From positions 146,372 to 210,371 of the forward strand of contig JBJDXJ010000038.1 of assembly GCA_051866635.1 (NCBI GenBank): DNA of 64,000 bases, given 5' to 3'. Positions 1 to 10,602 of this stretch are shown piece by piece; positions within the stretch are counted from its first letter, which is position 1, and each line of letters begins with the position of its first letter. Origin of the DNA: Clostridia bacterium (GTDB lineage: Bacteria; Bacillota; Clostridia; UMGS1883). The notes beneath the pieces are model-generated. The model saw only the letters and a program-made list of their open reading frames with translations, was not told the DNA's origin and searched no databases. A program made the position numbers and the translations under genes.

Positions 1-304
1 TGTAACGGACGTTGTCAAACTTTATCTGACCTATCCTGCCTATCATTTTTTGCCATGTGCCGTATGTAGCATATATGGGTATATTATATCTGCGGCTTAA
101 CACCCCGGCACCTTTAATGTGGTCAGTGTGTTCATGTGTTATAAAAATACAGTCAATACAATCAGGTGCTACGCCGATAGATTTAAGGGCATTTTCAACG
201 TATACCCCACTGTCACCGCAGTCAACAAGTATATTTGTGTTTCCTGCCTTAACAAAGGTTGCGTTGCCGCTACTGCCCGAAAAAAGGCTCTGAAGTTCAA
301 CCAT
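1..304 (-). CDS. MBL-fold metallo-hydrolase, YycJ/WalJ family (runs off window edge; not in ORF track)
   Basis: Manual translation from ATG at 304: MVELQSLFSGSSGNATFV..LVDCG..ITHEHTDHIKG (SGSSGN and THEHxDH motifs); overlaps murA stop. Confidence 0.85.
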   Translation of the reverse strand, partial: MVELQSLFSGSSGNATFVKAGNTNILVDCGDSGVYVENALKSIGVAPDCIDCIFITHEHTDHIKGAGVLSRRYNIPIYATYGTWQKMIGRIGQIKFDNVRY

Positions 305-1562
305 TGGACACGTACACTCTTTCTATCTTAGCACCTATTGCACTAAGCCGCTCTTCTATACATTCATAACCACGGTCAATATGGATAGGCTCGTTGATTG
401 TTGTTGTTCCGTCAGCGGCTAACCCTGCTATGATAAGGGCGGCACCGGCACGTAAATCAGTGGCCTTTACAGGAGCACCGTAAAGACGGTCCACACCTTC
501 AATAATAGCTGTGGGACCTGAAATTGATATATCTGCACCAAGACGCTTTAATTCGCCTACATACTGGAAGCGGTTGTCCCACACGTCTTCCGTTACCTTG
601 CTGGAACCCTTTGCCAAAGAAAGAAGTGCCACAATCTGGGGCTGAAGGTCTGTGGGGAAACCGGGGTAAGGCATAGTTTTTACATTACAGGGCTTTAATG
701 GCTTACTGCGTTGTACACGAATAGCATCGTCATATTCTGTAATTGAAACACCCATTTCCTCAAGCTTTGAAACAAGAGACTCCATATGCTTGGGGATTAC
801 GTTTTTAACAAGCACATCACCGCCTGCCGCCGCCGCCATAATCATAAAAGTACCTGCTTCAATCTGGTCGGGAATAATGGAATAGTTGCCGCCTGTCAGC
901 TTTTTAACGCCTGTTATACGGATAACGTCTGTACCTGCACCACGAATTTGGGCACCCATAGCGTTAAGGAAGTTTGCCAAATCTACAATATGAGGTTCCT
1001 TTGCGGCATTTTCAATAACTGTTCTGCCATCAGCCAATGTGGCGGCTAAGATAATATTCATGGTTGCACCTACACTTACAGTGTCAAGATACACGTTGGC
1101 ACCTGTAAGGTGGTCAGCTCTTGCAGTTACTTGACCACGGACAGTCTCAACCTCAGCACCCATGGCACGGAAGCCTTTTTCGTGCAGGTCAATAGGACGT
1201 TGACCGAAATTACAGCCACCGGGAAGAGCAACTTCTGCCTTGCCGAACCTGCCTAAAAGTGCACCTAAAAGATAGTAGGACGCACGCATACGGCTTGCAA
1301 GGTCATAAGGTGCTTTAAAGGTAGAAACACATGAAGAATCAATCTCAACAGTGTTGGGATAAATCTTTGTAACCTTTGCACCAAGGTAAGTAAGCATTTC
1401 CAATATAAGATTAACATCACGGATGTCGGGAACATGTTCAATGCGGCAAACGCCGTCAATTAAAAGAGCAGCGGGTATTATTGCAACAGCGGCATTCTTT
1501 GCACCGCCTGTTGTTATTTCCCCATAAAGAGGGTTACCGCCGGAAATACGTAAGGTTTCCAT
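297..1562 (-). CDS. murA: UDP-N-acetylglucosamine 1-carboxyvinyltransferase
   Basis: GAKNA, MRASYY, LPGGCNFGQRPIDLH, PYPGFPTDLQ, TDLRAGA motifs; 421 aa. Confidence 0.97.
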   Translation of the reverse strand: METLRISGGNPLYGEITTGGAKNAAVAIIPAALLIDGVCRIEHVPDIRDVNLILEMLTYLGAKVTKIYPNTVEIDSSCVSTFKAPYDLASRMRASYYLLGALLGRFGKAEVALPGGCNFGQRPIDLHEKGFRAMGAEVETVRGQVTARADHLTGANVYLDTVSVGATMNIILAATLADGRTVIENAAKEPHIVDLANFLNAMGAQIRGAGTDVIRITGVKKLTGGNYSIIPDQIEAGTFMIMAAAAGGDVLVKNVIPKHMESLVSKLEEMGVSITEYDDAIRVQRSKPLKPCNVKTMPYPGFPTDLQPQIVALLSLAKGSSKVTEDVWDNRFQYVGELKRLGADISISGPTAIIEGVDRLYGAPVKATDLRAGAALIIAGLAADGTTTINEPIHIDRGYECIEERLSAIGAKIERVYVSNG

Positions 1563-1722
1563 TTATATAAAAACACCACTTTCTGAAAAAAGTTGGATAC
1601 ACGCACATATGCAACCTATATTATAACCCGAAAATGCACAAAATGTCAATATAAAGCATGGAAGATAAGGAATATTTTTTTTGGATATGTTAACAATACA
1701 TTTAAAGAAAGAGGGATGAGTA

Positions 1723-2349
1723 ATGGGGCTTTCCTTTATAAGGACAATAATTTTATACAGCTGTGTAATTTGTGCTATGCGTATTATGGGAAAACGGACC
1801 ATAGGCGAAATGAACCCCACGGATATGGTTGTGACGATTATGATATCCGACTTAGCGTGCGTACCTATGCAGTCAAAATCCACCCCATTGTGGGAGGGAA
1901 TTATCCCCATATTTACCCTTGTTGTAATGGAGGTTTTCTTTGCCTTCTTAAATGTTAAAAGCCGTTGTATAAGAAGAATTCTTGTGGGAAGAAGCTGTGT
2001 GGTGGTAAAAGGGGGGAAACTGCTCAGTAAAGAAATGGAAAAGTTAAGGGTCAGTGTAGATGATTTGGAGGAGCAAATCAGAATTCAAGGCTACACTGAC
2101 CTGTCAGATGTAAGTGAAGTTATACTGGAAACAAGCGGCAAGATAAGCGTTATACCAAAAGAGTCAGGGAAGGAAGTTCCATATATAATTATTGCAGACG
2201 GCAAAATACGAGAAAATGAGCTGAAAAAGTCGGGACTAAGTATGGATAAAATCAAAGGAGAAATGGAAAAGAAAAATATTAAATCCCTTGAGGATATTCT
2301 GTATATGAGTGGAATAAATTCCCGCATTGTATATATGCAAAAAAGGTGA
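1723..2349 (+). CDS. DUF421/YetF-family membrane protein
   Basis: RIMGKRTIGEMNPTD N-terminus, three TM segments, ILETSGKISV motif. Confidence 0.85.
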   Translation: MGLSFIRTIILYSCVICAMRIMGKRTIGEMNPTDMVVTIMISDLACVPMQSKSTPLWEGIIPIFTLVVMEVFFAFLNVKSRCIRRILVGRSCVVVKGGKLLSKEMEKLRVSVDDLEEQIRIQGYTDLSDVSEVILETSGKISVIPKESGKEVPYIIIADGKIRENELKKSGLSMDKIKGEMEKKNIKSLEDILYMSGINSRIVYMQKR

Positions 2350-2354
2350 TGTAA

Positions 2355-2765
2355 ATGCGAAGAACGTTATCGGCAGTTGTTATTCTTCTTTTGATTTTCA
2401 CAATGTGGTTTTTTGAGGTGAAAACATTAAGTAATATATGCCAAGGATTAATAGAAAAAAGTGAAAGCCTTGAAAAAGCATTAAATGAAAACGAAAATAT
2501 CCAAAAGGCACAAGAGGATTTTTTTGTCCAATGGGAAAAAAGCAAAAATATACTTAATCTTATTACAAGCCACGACGATACAGAAGAAATTAACCTTTTA
2601 TCCGTAAGGCTTAAGATATATATGGATAAACACGATGTAAAAGAAGCACTGGTGATTATGGAAGAAATAAAGGAGCATGCAAAAGAAATTACAGAAAAAT
2701 CCAAAGTGGATATTTCCACAGTTTTTTACATTTCAAAGGGTGGTTTATATGCAAGCAGTAATTAA
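2355..2765 (+). CDS. DUF4363-like small exported protein
   Basis: N-terminal TM, W..K....L...H motif, usual position after DUF421 gene. Confidence 0.6.
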   Translation: MRRTLSAVVILLLIFTMWFFEVKTLSNICQGLIEKSESLEKALNENENIQKAQEDFFVQWEKSKNILNLITSHDDTEEINLLSVRLKIYMDKHDVKEALVIMEEIKEHAKEITEKSKVDISTVFYISKGGLYASSN

Positions 2766-5130
2766 TCTTACAGGCGAGGGCACAAAGTTAAGACCGTTAA
2801 ACTGTGAAAAGTGCGGTGCTATGCTGAAAATGACAGCAAATACCGTCATAGGTGAAAATATCAGGCACCTTAGAAAACATAACATTAAAAATATCCTTAT
2901 TTTAGCCAGGTATATGGGAAAGGATTTAAAAAAGTACCTTGAGAAATACGAAAAAAACTCTGTTACGGTAAAAATTTTAACTGAAGATTTAGGTGACGGT
3001 GCACTGGTGGAATGTTATGATTTTCTTGAAGAAGATTTTGTTTATTTTTCAAGTGATTTGTACACCGTATGCGATTTAACCGCCCTTATAGAGTACCACA
3101 GGGAAAAGGATGCCTTTGCAACAGTGTTTTTACGATGCCCTGAAGGCGGCAACTTGCAGGGAAGAAGTGACGGAAGAATTACAAAGGTACCTGAAAAACG
3201 CCTTTGGAACAGTTTTGGGGAGGATAAAAACGGGACAGGTATATATGTTTTGAAAAAAGATATTGTTAAGTATATGCCACCTCACTCCCATTGCGACATT
3301 AAGAACAATGTGCTTCCTTCACTTATACGAAGCGGTAAAAATGTTTATGTATCCTTTGATAAGGATTGGGGGGAGAGCATAACAGATTTTGCCTCATATA
3401 TGCGTGCCAACTTTTTGCTTTTAGACAGCTACAAAAATATACACCACAAGGGAATTTTTGTGGAGGACGGTGCTGTAGTTGAAAAGGGTGCCCTTTTGGA
3501 GGGCCCTTGTTATGTGGGTTCGGGTGCTCATATAAAAAAGGGGGCAAGTATAGGTGCATACAGTATTATTCAAAAACACGCAATTATCAGTGAAGGGGCA
3601 AATATTAAACGAAGCATAATAGGAGAAGAGTGTAAAATAGGCAAAAATTCTGCCCTTCGTGGCTGTATAATTGACGAAAAGGTTGTTTGTGGCGAAAACA
3701 GCTCTGTTTTTGAACAGGCAGTAATCGGAAAGGGATGTGTAATTGAAAAGGATTGCACAATCCGTTCCTTTGTAAGGATATGGCCTGAAAAAACCATTGA
3801 AAAAGGTATGAATGTAACTGAAAATATAATGTGGGGACAGAAAAAGAGGAAACGACTTTTTGAAAAAGGGGAAATATCGGGTATTGTAAATTCGGACATA
3901 ACTGCATCTTTTTCTTTGAAATTGGGCGAATGTATCGGCACCGTTACAGATATGGGCGATGTGGGAGTAAGCTGTGACGGAAAAAGCAGTTCCATGATGC
4001 TTCGTGACAGCCTTATATCAGGGCTTCTTTCAACAGGTTGCTCTGTTAAGGACTTTGGCGAACAGCCCAAGGCAATAACAAGACGTGCGGTAGGCTTTTA
4101 TATGCTTTCCTGCGGTGTTGTTATAAGTGTTACCGATAAAGACGGTGAGGACTGTGCTGAAATTTCTCTTATATGGAAAAAGGGCATGGATTTGGATGAT
4201 GCTACAAAAAAAAGGATGGAGGATGTATTTTCAAACGGTGATGTTGTGTACACCGAATCAAAAAACATAAAGGAATGTGAGTACCTTTTCGAGTATAAGC
4301 TATACTATCTTAAAAATATTTTAAATAAAATTGCCGAAAAAAGCGGAGCGGGAAAAGTTCTCATAAGCTGCCCTGCAACATGGGGCAGACGCCTTATAGC
4401 ATCAGCCCTTTCAGACTTGGGCTATGGTGTGAATATGTATTCTCCGCCCGTTTCAAAAAGTGTTTCGGAAAGCGAAAAGTTTGAAAAAGCACTTAAACAG
4501 GAAGGCTTTTATCTTGGTTTTATAATAGATTCGGAATGTGAAAACCTTACCATTGTCACACCGAAGCACGGTGTTGTTGAAAAGGAAATTTACGATGCCA
4601 TCTGTGCCTATATCATTATGAAAAAATATCCTGACAAAGAGGTTTATATTCCCCTTACCGCAAGCCGTATTATTGAAGATGCAGGTAAAAAGGAGCATAG
4701 AAACGTAGTTCGTGTGGCAGACGAAAGGAAAGAGCTTTTAGAAAAACTAAGCCAAGGGGAAAAAAGCTGTGAGGAGCAGTACGTTTTAAAGTTTGACGCT
4801 GTTGGTGCAATTGTGAAAATACTTGACTTTATTTCTAAGGAAAACACCACCTTGGACAATATAATAGACGGCTTTCCCAAAATAAACATGGCACGGGCAT
4901 ATGTTGAAATGACAAAGGAGGAAATGGAGGGTGCAATTGAACGCATAAAAGATATTGACGGATATTATAAAAGTAACCCAGACGGTGTAAAAATCACCTT
5001 TGACAAAGGCTGGGTACTTGTTATGGAGGATAAATACCGTGACCTTTGCAGTGTGATAAGCGAAGGTGTAAGTGCAGAAACGGCACGGGAGCTTTGTGAT
5101 TTCTGCGTTGAAAAATTAATGGGAGAATAA
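2749..5130 (+). CDS. Sugar-phosphate nucleotidyltransferase / hexapeptide repeat / phosphomannomutase-like fusion (divergent)
   Basis: Likely start MQAVINLTGEGTKLRPL at 2749; beta-helix repeats; RIWPEK..WG..RLF linker; DGVKITFDKGWVLV PGM domain IV. Confidence 0.75.
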   Translation: MQAVINLTGEGTKLRPLNCEKCGAMLKMTANTVIGENIRHLRKHNIKNILILARYMGKDLKKYLEKYEKNSVTVKILTEDLGDGALVECYDFLEEDFVYFSSDLYTVCDLTALIEYHREKDAFATVFLRCPEGGNLQGRSDGRITKVPEKRLWNSFGEDKNGTGIYVLKKDIVKYMPPHSHCDIKNNVLPSLIRSGKNVYVSFDKDWGESITDFASYMRANFLLLDSYKNIHHKGIFVEDGAVVEKGALLEGPCYVGSGAHIKKGASIGAYSIIQKHAIISEGANIKRSIIGEECKIGKNSALRGCIIDEKVVCGENSSVFEQAVIGKGCVIEKDCTIRSFVRIWPEKTIEKGMNVTENIMWGQKKRKRLFEKGEISGIVNSDITASFSLKLGECIGTVTDMGDVGVSCDGKSSSMMLRDSLISGLLSTGCSVKDFGEQPKAITRRAVGFYMLSCGVVISVTDKDGEDCAEISLIWKKGMDLDDATKKRMEDVFSNGDVVYTESKNIKECEYLFEYKLYYLKNILNKIAEKSGAGKVLISCPATWGRRLIASALSDLGYGVNMYSPPVSKSVSESEKFEKALKQEGFYLGFIIDSECENLTIVTPKHGVVEKEIYDAICAYIIMKKYPDKEVYIPLTASRIIEDAGKKEHRNVVRVADERKELLEKLSQGEKSCEEQYVLKFDAVGAIVKILDFISKENTTLDNIIDGFPKINMARAYVEMTKEEMEGAIERIKDIDGYYKSNPDGVKITFDKGWVLVMEDKYRDLCSVISEGVSAETARELCDFCVEKLMGE

Positions 5131-5301
5131 CAAAGTGTCTCCGACACTCTTTTGCAATAGTTGCCTCTAAAGCCAATAGCGGAGAAAACACTTTGTTACG
5201 CCATGTGCGTTTTCCGAGTTTGCGAGGAAATTCTCGCACGGCAATAAAATCAAAATTTATTTTTTACATTATAGGAAATGAGGAATTTCCTATAATGTAA
5301 A

Positions 5302-5346
5302 AAACACACCGCATTGAAGTTTAATGCTTCTTTGCGGTGTGTTTTT
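5302..5346. terminator. Hairpin between convergent genes
   Basis: aaacacaccgca...tgcggtgtgttt; second hairpin ttttacattataggaaat..atttcctataatgtaaaa just upstream. Confidence 0.6.
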
Positions 5347-5355
5347 GTAGAGAAA

Positions 5356-6378
5356 CTACAAAAGCTCAATCAGCTTTTGCACATCTTCTGTGCTTGTTGC
5401 CCAGCTTGTGGCAAAGCGTACAACGGTATTATTGTCGTCATACTTTTCCCAATAGCTTATGGCAACTTTTTCTTTTATCTTTTTCATTTTTTCGTTTTCA
5501 AGTATAATGAAAATCTGATTTGTAGGTGAATTTATGAAAAATCGGTAACCCTTTTGGGTAAATGCCTTTTTTAACATATTGGCAGTTTCAATTGCGTTCT
5601 TTGAAATCTCCATATACAGATTGTCTGTAAAAAGTGCATCAAACTGAACACCTAAAAGTCTGCCTTTTGCCAGCATTGCACCATGTTGTTTTGTCAGTGT
5701 GGAAAAATGCTTTGGTGCATTGCTTTTTGTAAAAACAACAGCCTCTCCGCAAAGGGCACCGCACTTCGTGCCGCCTATGTAAAATACATCGCAAAGAGAG
5801 GCGATAACAGGCAGTGTAACAGAGGAATCGGAGGCTAATGCATAACCTAAACGGGCACCGTCTAAAAACAGGGGAATTTCATACTCACGGCACACCCGGC
5901 TTATAGCTGTAAGCTCATCTAATGTATACAATGTGCCGTATTCTGTAGGGTGGGAAATATATACCATTCCGGGATAAACCATGTGAGAATGGCTTTCGTC
6001 AGCGTAAAATGTGTCAATATGGTTTTTTATGTCCTTTGCACTTATTTTCCCCTCTTTTTGAGGAAGGGTTATAACCTTATGACCTGTGTATTCAATTGCA
6101 CCTGCCTCATGTAAAGCAATATGACCTGTGGAACATGCAATTACGCCCTGATGCCTTCTTAGCATAGTTGCAATAACTGTCTGATTTGTCTGTGTGCCGC
6201 CTGATATGAAGAAAACTTCTCCCTCGGGACAGTTACAGGCTTTTTTTATTTTCTCCTTTGCAATAAGGGAATATTTGTCTTCGCCGTAGCCCTCAAGTTT
6301 TTCACTGTTTGTTTTGATAAGATGCTCTAAAACCTTAGGGTGTGCACCTTCAGAATAGTCATTTTTAAAATATAACAT
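5356..6378 (-). CDS. ltaE: Low-specificity L-threonine aldolase (PLP)
   Basis: FKNDYSEGAHP, GGTQTN, HEAGA, LFLDGARL, IGGTKCG motifs. Confidence 0.9.
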   Translation of the reverse strand: MLYFKNDYSEGAHPKVLEHLIKTNSEKLEGYGEDKYSLIAKEKIKKACNCPEGEVFFISGGTQTNQTVIATMLRRHQGVIACSTGHIALHEAGAIEYTGHKVITLPQKEGKISAKDIKNHIDTFYADESHSHMVYPGMVYISHPTEYGTLYTLDELTAISRVCREYEIPLFLDGARLGYALASDSSVTLPVIASLCDVFYIGGTKCGALCGEAVVFTKSNAPKHFSTLTKQHGAMLAKGRLLGVQFDALFTDNLYMEISKNAIETANMLKKAFTQKGYRFFINSPTNQIFIILENEKMKKIKEKVAISYWEKYDDNNTVVRFATSWATSTEDVQKLIELL

Positions 6379-6393
6379 ATTTTAAATCCTCAA

Positions 6394-8574
6394 TTATTCA
6401 TTAAATAATGTAAGCTGTTTTTTTCCGCTGTCCTCGTCCTTAAGGTAGTAGCCTGCCGAGGGAAGTGAACGTGCCTTGTAGCCCATTGGGTCTGCCAAAA
6501 GCTCTGTTGCGGGGACAATGGATTTAAGAGTTGCCTTTTTACGAAGTGTCATTATTTGAACACCCTGAGAAGTTCTTGAAGTTTTTGTAAGAACATCTTT
6601 TGTGTCAAATACAACGCACTTTCCGTTGTCGCTGAATGCGGCAACAGATGTGTCCTCTTTAATATACAACACTGCGGCTAAAGGTGCCTTGTCGGAAAAT
6701 GCACCTGTCAGGCGTTTTCTGTTAGTTTTTGTTGCATAACTCTTCATATCGATTTTTGCAATTTTTCCGTTTGTGAATGCGAAAAGCATAAAACCTTCAT
6801 AGTTATTTGTGGGGACACAGTAAACAACCTTTTCCCCATTTTCCATTGAGAGAAGGTTCGGCAGATAATCACCCATGGCACTTGCCTTTGTGTCCTTAAT
6901 GTCATAAAGACGCATTTTGTAGGCATTTTGCATATCAGAGAAAAACAGCACATCCATCTTATTGGAAGCATCCCATTCAAAGACTGTTTCGTCTCCCTCT
7001 TTGAATTTATGCTCACTACTTGCACGAAGGGAAATAAGTGTTATCTTCTTGAAATAATTTTCCCGTGTCATGAATAATTTAACATTGTAGTCGGGGATAT
7101 CTTCTTTGACGTCCTCAACTTCTGTATCAACAGCATCAATTAAAACTGTTTTTCTGTCCTTGCCGTACTTTTTCTCAATTTCCGTAAGCTCATCGGATAT
7201 AATCTTTTTGATTTTACGTGTGCTTTCACTTGTTTCACGAAGGTCTGCAATGTCTTTTTTCAGCATATCGATTTCCTCAATACGCTTTATAATGTAGTCA
7301 CGGTTAAGATTACGAAGCTTTATTTCAGCCACATATTCAGCCTGAATACGGTCGATATTAAAGCCCTCCATAAGGTTGGGAACAACCATGGAGTCATCGG
7401 GTGTATTACGCACAATGGCAATGGCTTTGTCAATATCAAGAAGGATTTTTTCAAGGCCTAACAATAAGTGAAGCCTTGCCTCCTTCTTTTCGGCGTCATA
7501 AATAACCCTTCTTTTTGTGCAGTTAATGCGAAAATCAATCCAGTGGGAAAGGATGCCGCGTACGCCTAAAACCATAGGCTCTCCGTCAATCAAAACGTTG
7601 AAATTACAGCTGAATGCATCCTCTAACGGGGTGGAACGGTACAGCTTTGCCATAAGTTTTTCAACGTCTGTGTTCCGCTTTAACTCTATAGCAAGCTTTA
7701 AGCCCATCTTATCGGTTTCGTCACGTACATCGTTAATTTCACGCAGCTTGCCCGCCTTTACAAGCTCGGCAATTTTATCAATAATAGCCTCGGTGGAAGC
7801 AGTATAGGGGATTTCCGTCACTTCGATAAGGTTGTTCTTTTTATCGTAGGAATATTTTGCCCTTAGTCTTACACTGCCGCGACCTGTTTCATATATCTGG
7901 TTAAAAGTATCTTCGTCACGGATTAAAAATGCACCTGTTGAAAAATCGGGCCCTGTAATGTAATCGGAAAGATTAATTTTATCATCTTTCATTAAAGCCT
8001 TTGCCGCAAGGCAGATTTCTCTTAAATTAAATGAGGCTATGTTTGATGCCATACCTACCGCAATACCTTGATTGGGATTTACCAGAATGTTGGGAAATGC
8101 CGAGGGTAAAAGTGCAGGCTCCTTCTTTGTGGAATCGTAGTTGTCCACAAAGTCAACAGTGTTTTTGTCAATATCACGGAAAACCTCTGCCGCAATGGGA
8201 GAAAGCTTTACCTCTGTATAACGTGATGCGGCAAATGCCATATCACGGCTGTACTGCTTGCCAAAGTTACCCTTAGAATCAACAAAAGGATGTAAAAGTG
8301 CTTCGTGCCCTTCTGTAAGACGAACCATTGTTTCGTATATTGCCATATCACCGTGAGGGTTAAGACGCATTGTCTGACCTACAACGTTGGCACTTTTTGT
8401 CCTGCCGCCTTTAAGCAGTCCCATATCGTACATAGTGTAAAGTAACTTCCTGTGTGAAGGCTTGAAGCCGTCAATCTCCGGGATGGCACGTGATACAATT
8501 ACACTCATGGCATAGGGCATATAATTTTCTTCCAGTGTTTTTGTAATCTGCTGTCTGCTGATTTCATTTTCCAT
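6394..8574 (-). CDS. Type IIA topoisomerase subunit A (GyrA/ParC family)
   Basis: YAMSVIVSRAIP..DGFKPSHRK, PHGD, AASRYTE catalytic Tyr, GIAVGMA, GPDF. Confidence 0.92.
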   Translation of the reverse strand: MENEISRQQITKTLEENYMPYAMSVIVSRAIPEIDGFKPSHRKLLYTMYDMGLLKGGRTKSANVVGQTMRLNPHGDMAIYETMVRLTEGHEALLHPFVDSKGNFGKQYSRDMAFAASRYTEVKLSPIAAEVFRDIDKNTVDFVDNYDSTKKEPALLPSAFPNILVNPNQGIAVGMASNIASFNLREICLAAKALMKDDKINLSDYITGPDFSTGAFLIRDEDTFNQIYETGRGSVRLRAKYSYDKKNNLIEVTEIPYTASTEAIIDKIAELVKAGKLREINDVRDETDKMGLKLAIELKRNTDVEKLMAKLYRSTPLEDAFSCNFNVLIDGEPMVLGVRGILSHWIDFRINCTKRRVIYDAEKKEARLHLLLGLEKILLDIDKAIAIVRNTPDDSMVVPNLMEGFNIDRIQAEYVAEIKLRNLNRDYIIKRIEEIDMLKKDIADLRETSESTRKIKKIISDELTEIEKKYGKDRKTVLIDAVDTEVEDVKEDIPDYNVKLFMTRENYFKKITLISLRASSEHKFKEGDETVFEWDASNKMDVLFFSDMQNAYKMRLYDIKDTKASAMGDYLPNLLSMENGEKVVYCVPTNNYEGFMLFAFTNGKIAKIDMKSYATKTNRKRLTGAFSDKAPLAAVLYIKEDTSVAAFSDNGKCVVFDTKDVLTKTSRTSQGVQIMTLRKKATLKSIVPATELLADPMGYKARSLPSAGYYLKDEDSGKKQLTLFNE

Positions 8575-8712
8575 CAGTTACACCACTCCTTTTAAGCTGT
8601 TACAGTATATCATATTTTTGCATTTTGGTCAAGTTTTGGGCAAATTGAGCCAAAATTTTGTTAACAAAATGAAAATAATTACATAATTGTTAAAAAAGTT
8701 TTACAAAAAGGG

Positions 8713-8740
8713 TTTACAAATTGGAATTTTTATGTATAAT
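8713..8740 (+). promoter_or_regulatory. sigmaA-like promoter
   Basis: TTTACA..TATAAT upstream of RBS agaggtg and GTG at 8773. Confidence 0.5.
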
Positions 8741-8772
8741 AGGTAACGGTAAAAGAAAAAAGAGGTGTTTAC

Positions 8773-9960
8773 GTGAAACATACAAAAAACATTGCAAAAG
8801 ATATTTTCAAAGTTATTAAGAATACAGATACAAAAGTAGTTTCAGTAGTAGTTGCTCTTGCAATTCTCCTTAGTTCAGCGGGAATTGTTACAAATTATTA
8901 TACAGTAGGCTATAATGTTTACTACGGCGAAACAAATGTGGGAACTATTTTGTCCAAGGATGATGCATTAAAGGTTTATGACGAAGTCAACAGCGATATT
9001 GAACATCGTAAAGGCAGAGGGTTGTCTGACGAGCTTAGCTTTGTTTTGACAATTGCACCTGCATCAGACGTAACAGGAACAGACATTTACCGTAACATTG
9101 TTATTGCGGAAGATGGCGAAAACAAATGTTACAGCTTGAGTGCGGGATCTGTTACAATTGCAAAGCTTAAAACACGTGAAGAAGCACAAGAAGCTATAGC
9201 ACAGTATGTTGACAGCTTTGAACGTGAAGATGCTGAAATTTACAGCGAATATACCATTTCTCCCGATGTGGATATCGTTACTGCACTGTCGAGCGTTGAA
9301 GAAACAGTTGATGCACTTAAGGAATGTGGTCTTGTTAAGGTTTCCTACAGTGATGTGTTTGAAGAAGAAATAAGTGTTGAATTTGAAGAAATTATTGAAG
9401 AAACAGATACTTTGCCCAAAGGCTTGGAATATTGTAAGCAGGAAGGTATAGAGGGTGTTGCGGTAAAAAGATATATCACCTTTTATGAAAACGGAAAGCA
9501 GAAGCATGACATTGCACCTGTAATTGAAATTATAGAGGAACCTGTTGACTGTATTGTATATGTGGGTACAGGTGAAGGCGGCATTAAAAAGAATTCTATT
9601 CCCTGGCCTTGCGAAGGCACATTTACATCTAAATTCGGCAAAAGATGGGGCAGAAACCATAACGGTATTGATATTGCCGCATCTATAGGGACAGCCGTAT
9701 ATGCTCCTGCGGCAGGTGTTGTAACATTTTCTTCAACAAAGAACGGTTACGGTAACTATATAATTATTGACCACGGTAACGGCTTTGAAACAACATATGC
9801 ACATCTTGATTCCCGTGGGGTGGAAGAAGGGGATATTGTTACGTCAGGTGACTATATCGGTGCTGTAGGCGTAACGGGCAACGTGACAGGTTCTCACCTT
9901 CATTTTGAAGTTTTATATAACGGAAATTTCGTTGACCCAATGAACTATATTGCAGGTTGA
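8773..9960 (+). CDS. G5-domain M23 peptidoglycan endopeptidase
   Basis: N-terminal TM, G5-like segment, HNGID and HLHFE motifs. Confidence 0.9.
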   Translation: MKHTKNIAKDIFKVIKNTDTKVVSVVVALAILLSSAGIVTNYYTVGYNVYYGETNVGTILSKDDALKVYDEVNSDIEHRKGRGLSDELSFVLTIAPASDVTGTDIYRNIVIAEDGENKCYSLSAGSVTIAKLKTREEAQEAIAQYVDSFEREDAEIYSEYTISPDVDIVTALSSVEETVDALKECGLVKVSYSDVFEEEISVEFEEIIEETDTLPKGLEYCKQEGIEGVAVKRYITFYENGKQKHDIAPVIEIIEEPVDCIVYVGTGEGGIKKNSIPWPCEGTFTSKFGKRWGRNHNGIDIAASIGTAVYAPAAGVVTFSSTKNGYGNYIIIDHGNGFETTYAHLDSRGVEEGDIVTSGDYIGAVGVTGNVTGSHLHFEVLYNGNFVDPMNYIAG

Positions 9961-10033
9961 CAAAACAGGTTACGGATTATATAATAGAGGTTGCAGGTAT
10001 TCTGCAACCTTTTTGTTTTCAGAGGTGGGGTTT

Positions 10034-10450
10034 ATGGATAAAATCAGGCGGTTTATATATTTGCCGGTTATATATCACAGTGCCGTTTTTCTGGCAATGA
10101 TAGTGGTCCTGGCAATGAAAATTAATGTTTCCTTGTTGGTTTTGTTGGATTGGTGCGGCGTTTTGTTATCACCCATACTTCTTGCCATATTATCCGTAGC
10201 ACATGCGATTGTCCATGAAGGTAAGGTTTTTGATTATCTTAAGGACTGTGTTATCTCTCTTTGTGCAGTAAGCATTGTAAGAGTTGTTTTGTATTCTGTA
10301 TTTTCATTGGGTATTTTGCCTGTTGCGGCAATGTGTGCACTTATTAGCTTTGGCGTGTTCTTTATATGGGATTGTGTTTTTGCTTTGACAGATAAAATTA
10401 TGAAGAAAAAGCCACTTCAAAGAAATATGTACAAAAAGAATAAAAAATGA
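10034..10450 (+). CDS. Hypothetical membrane protein
   Basis: RBS gaggtgg, ATG 10034, about four hydrophobic segments. Confidence 0.7.
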   Translation: MDKIRRFIYLPVIYHSAVFLAMIVVLAMKINVSLLVLLDWCGVLLSPILLAILSVAHAIVHEGKVFDYLKDCVISLCAVSIVRVVLYSVFSLGILPVAAMCALISFGVFFIWDCVFALTDKIMKKKPLQRNMYKKNKK

Positions 10451-10602
10451 TACACAAAGTCTTCTCCTTAAGAGAAGATTTTGTGTGTTGAGAAAAATAT
10501 TGAAATAGACACCAATATGTGTTATAATTTTTTCACTAAAAGTACAATTTGTAGAAAACGTAGTATAATGTTATTGCAAATTGTAAAAAGGATTGGTAAT
10601 GT

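Noticed and set aside
5134-5262. Structured intergenic segment as sRNA or repeat element
   Set aside because: Short palindromes only, single copy in window, no family features
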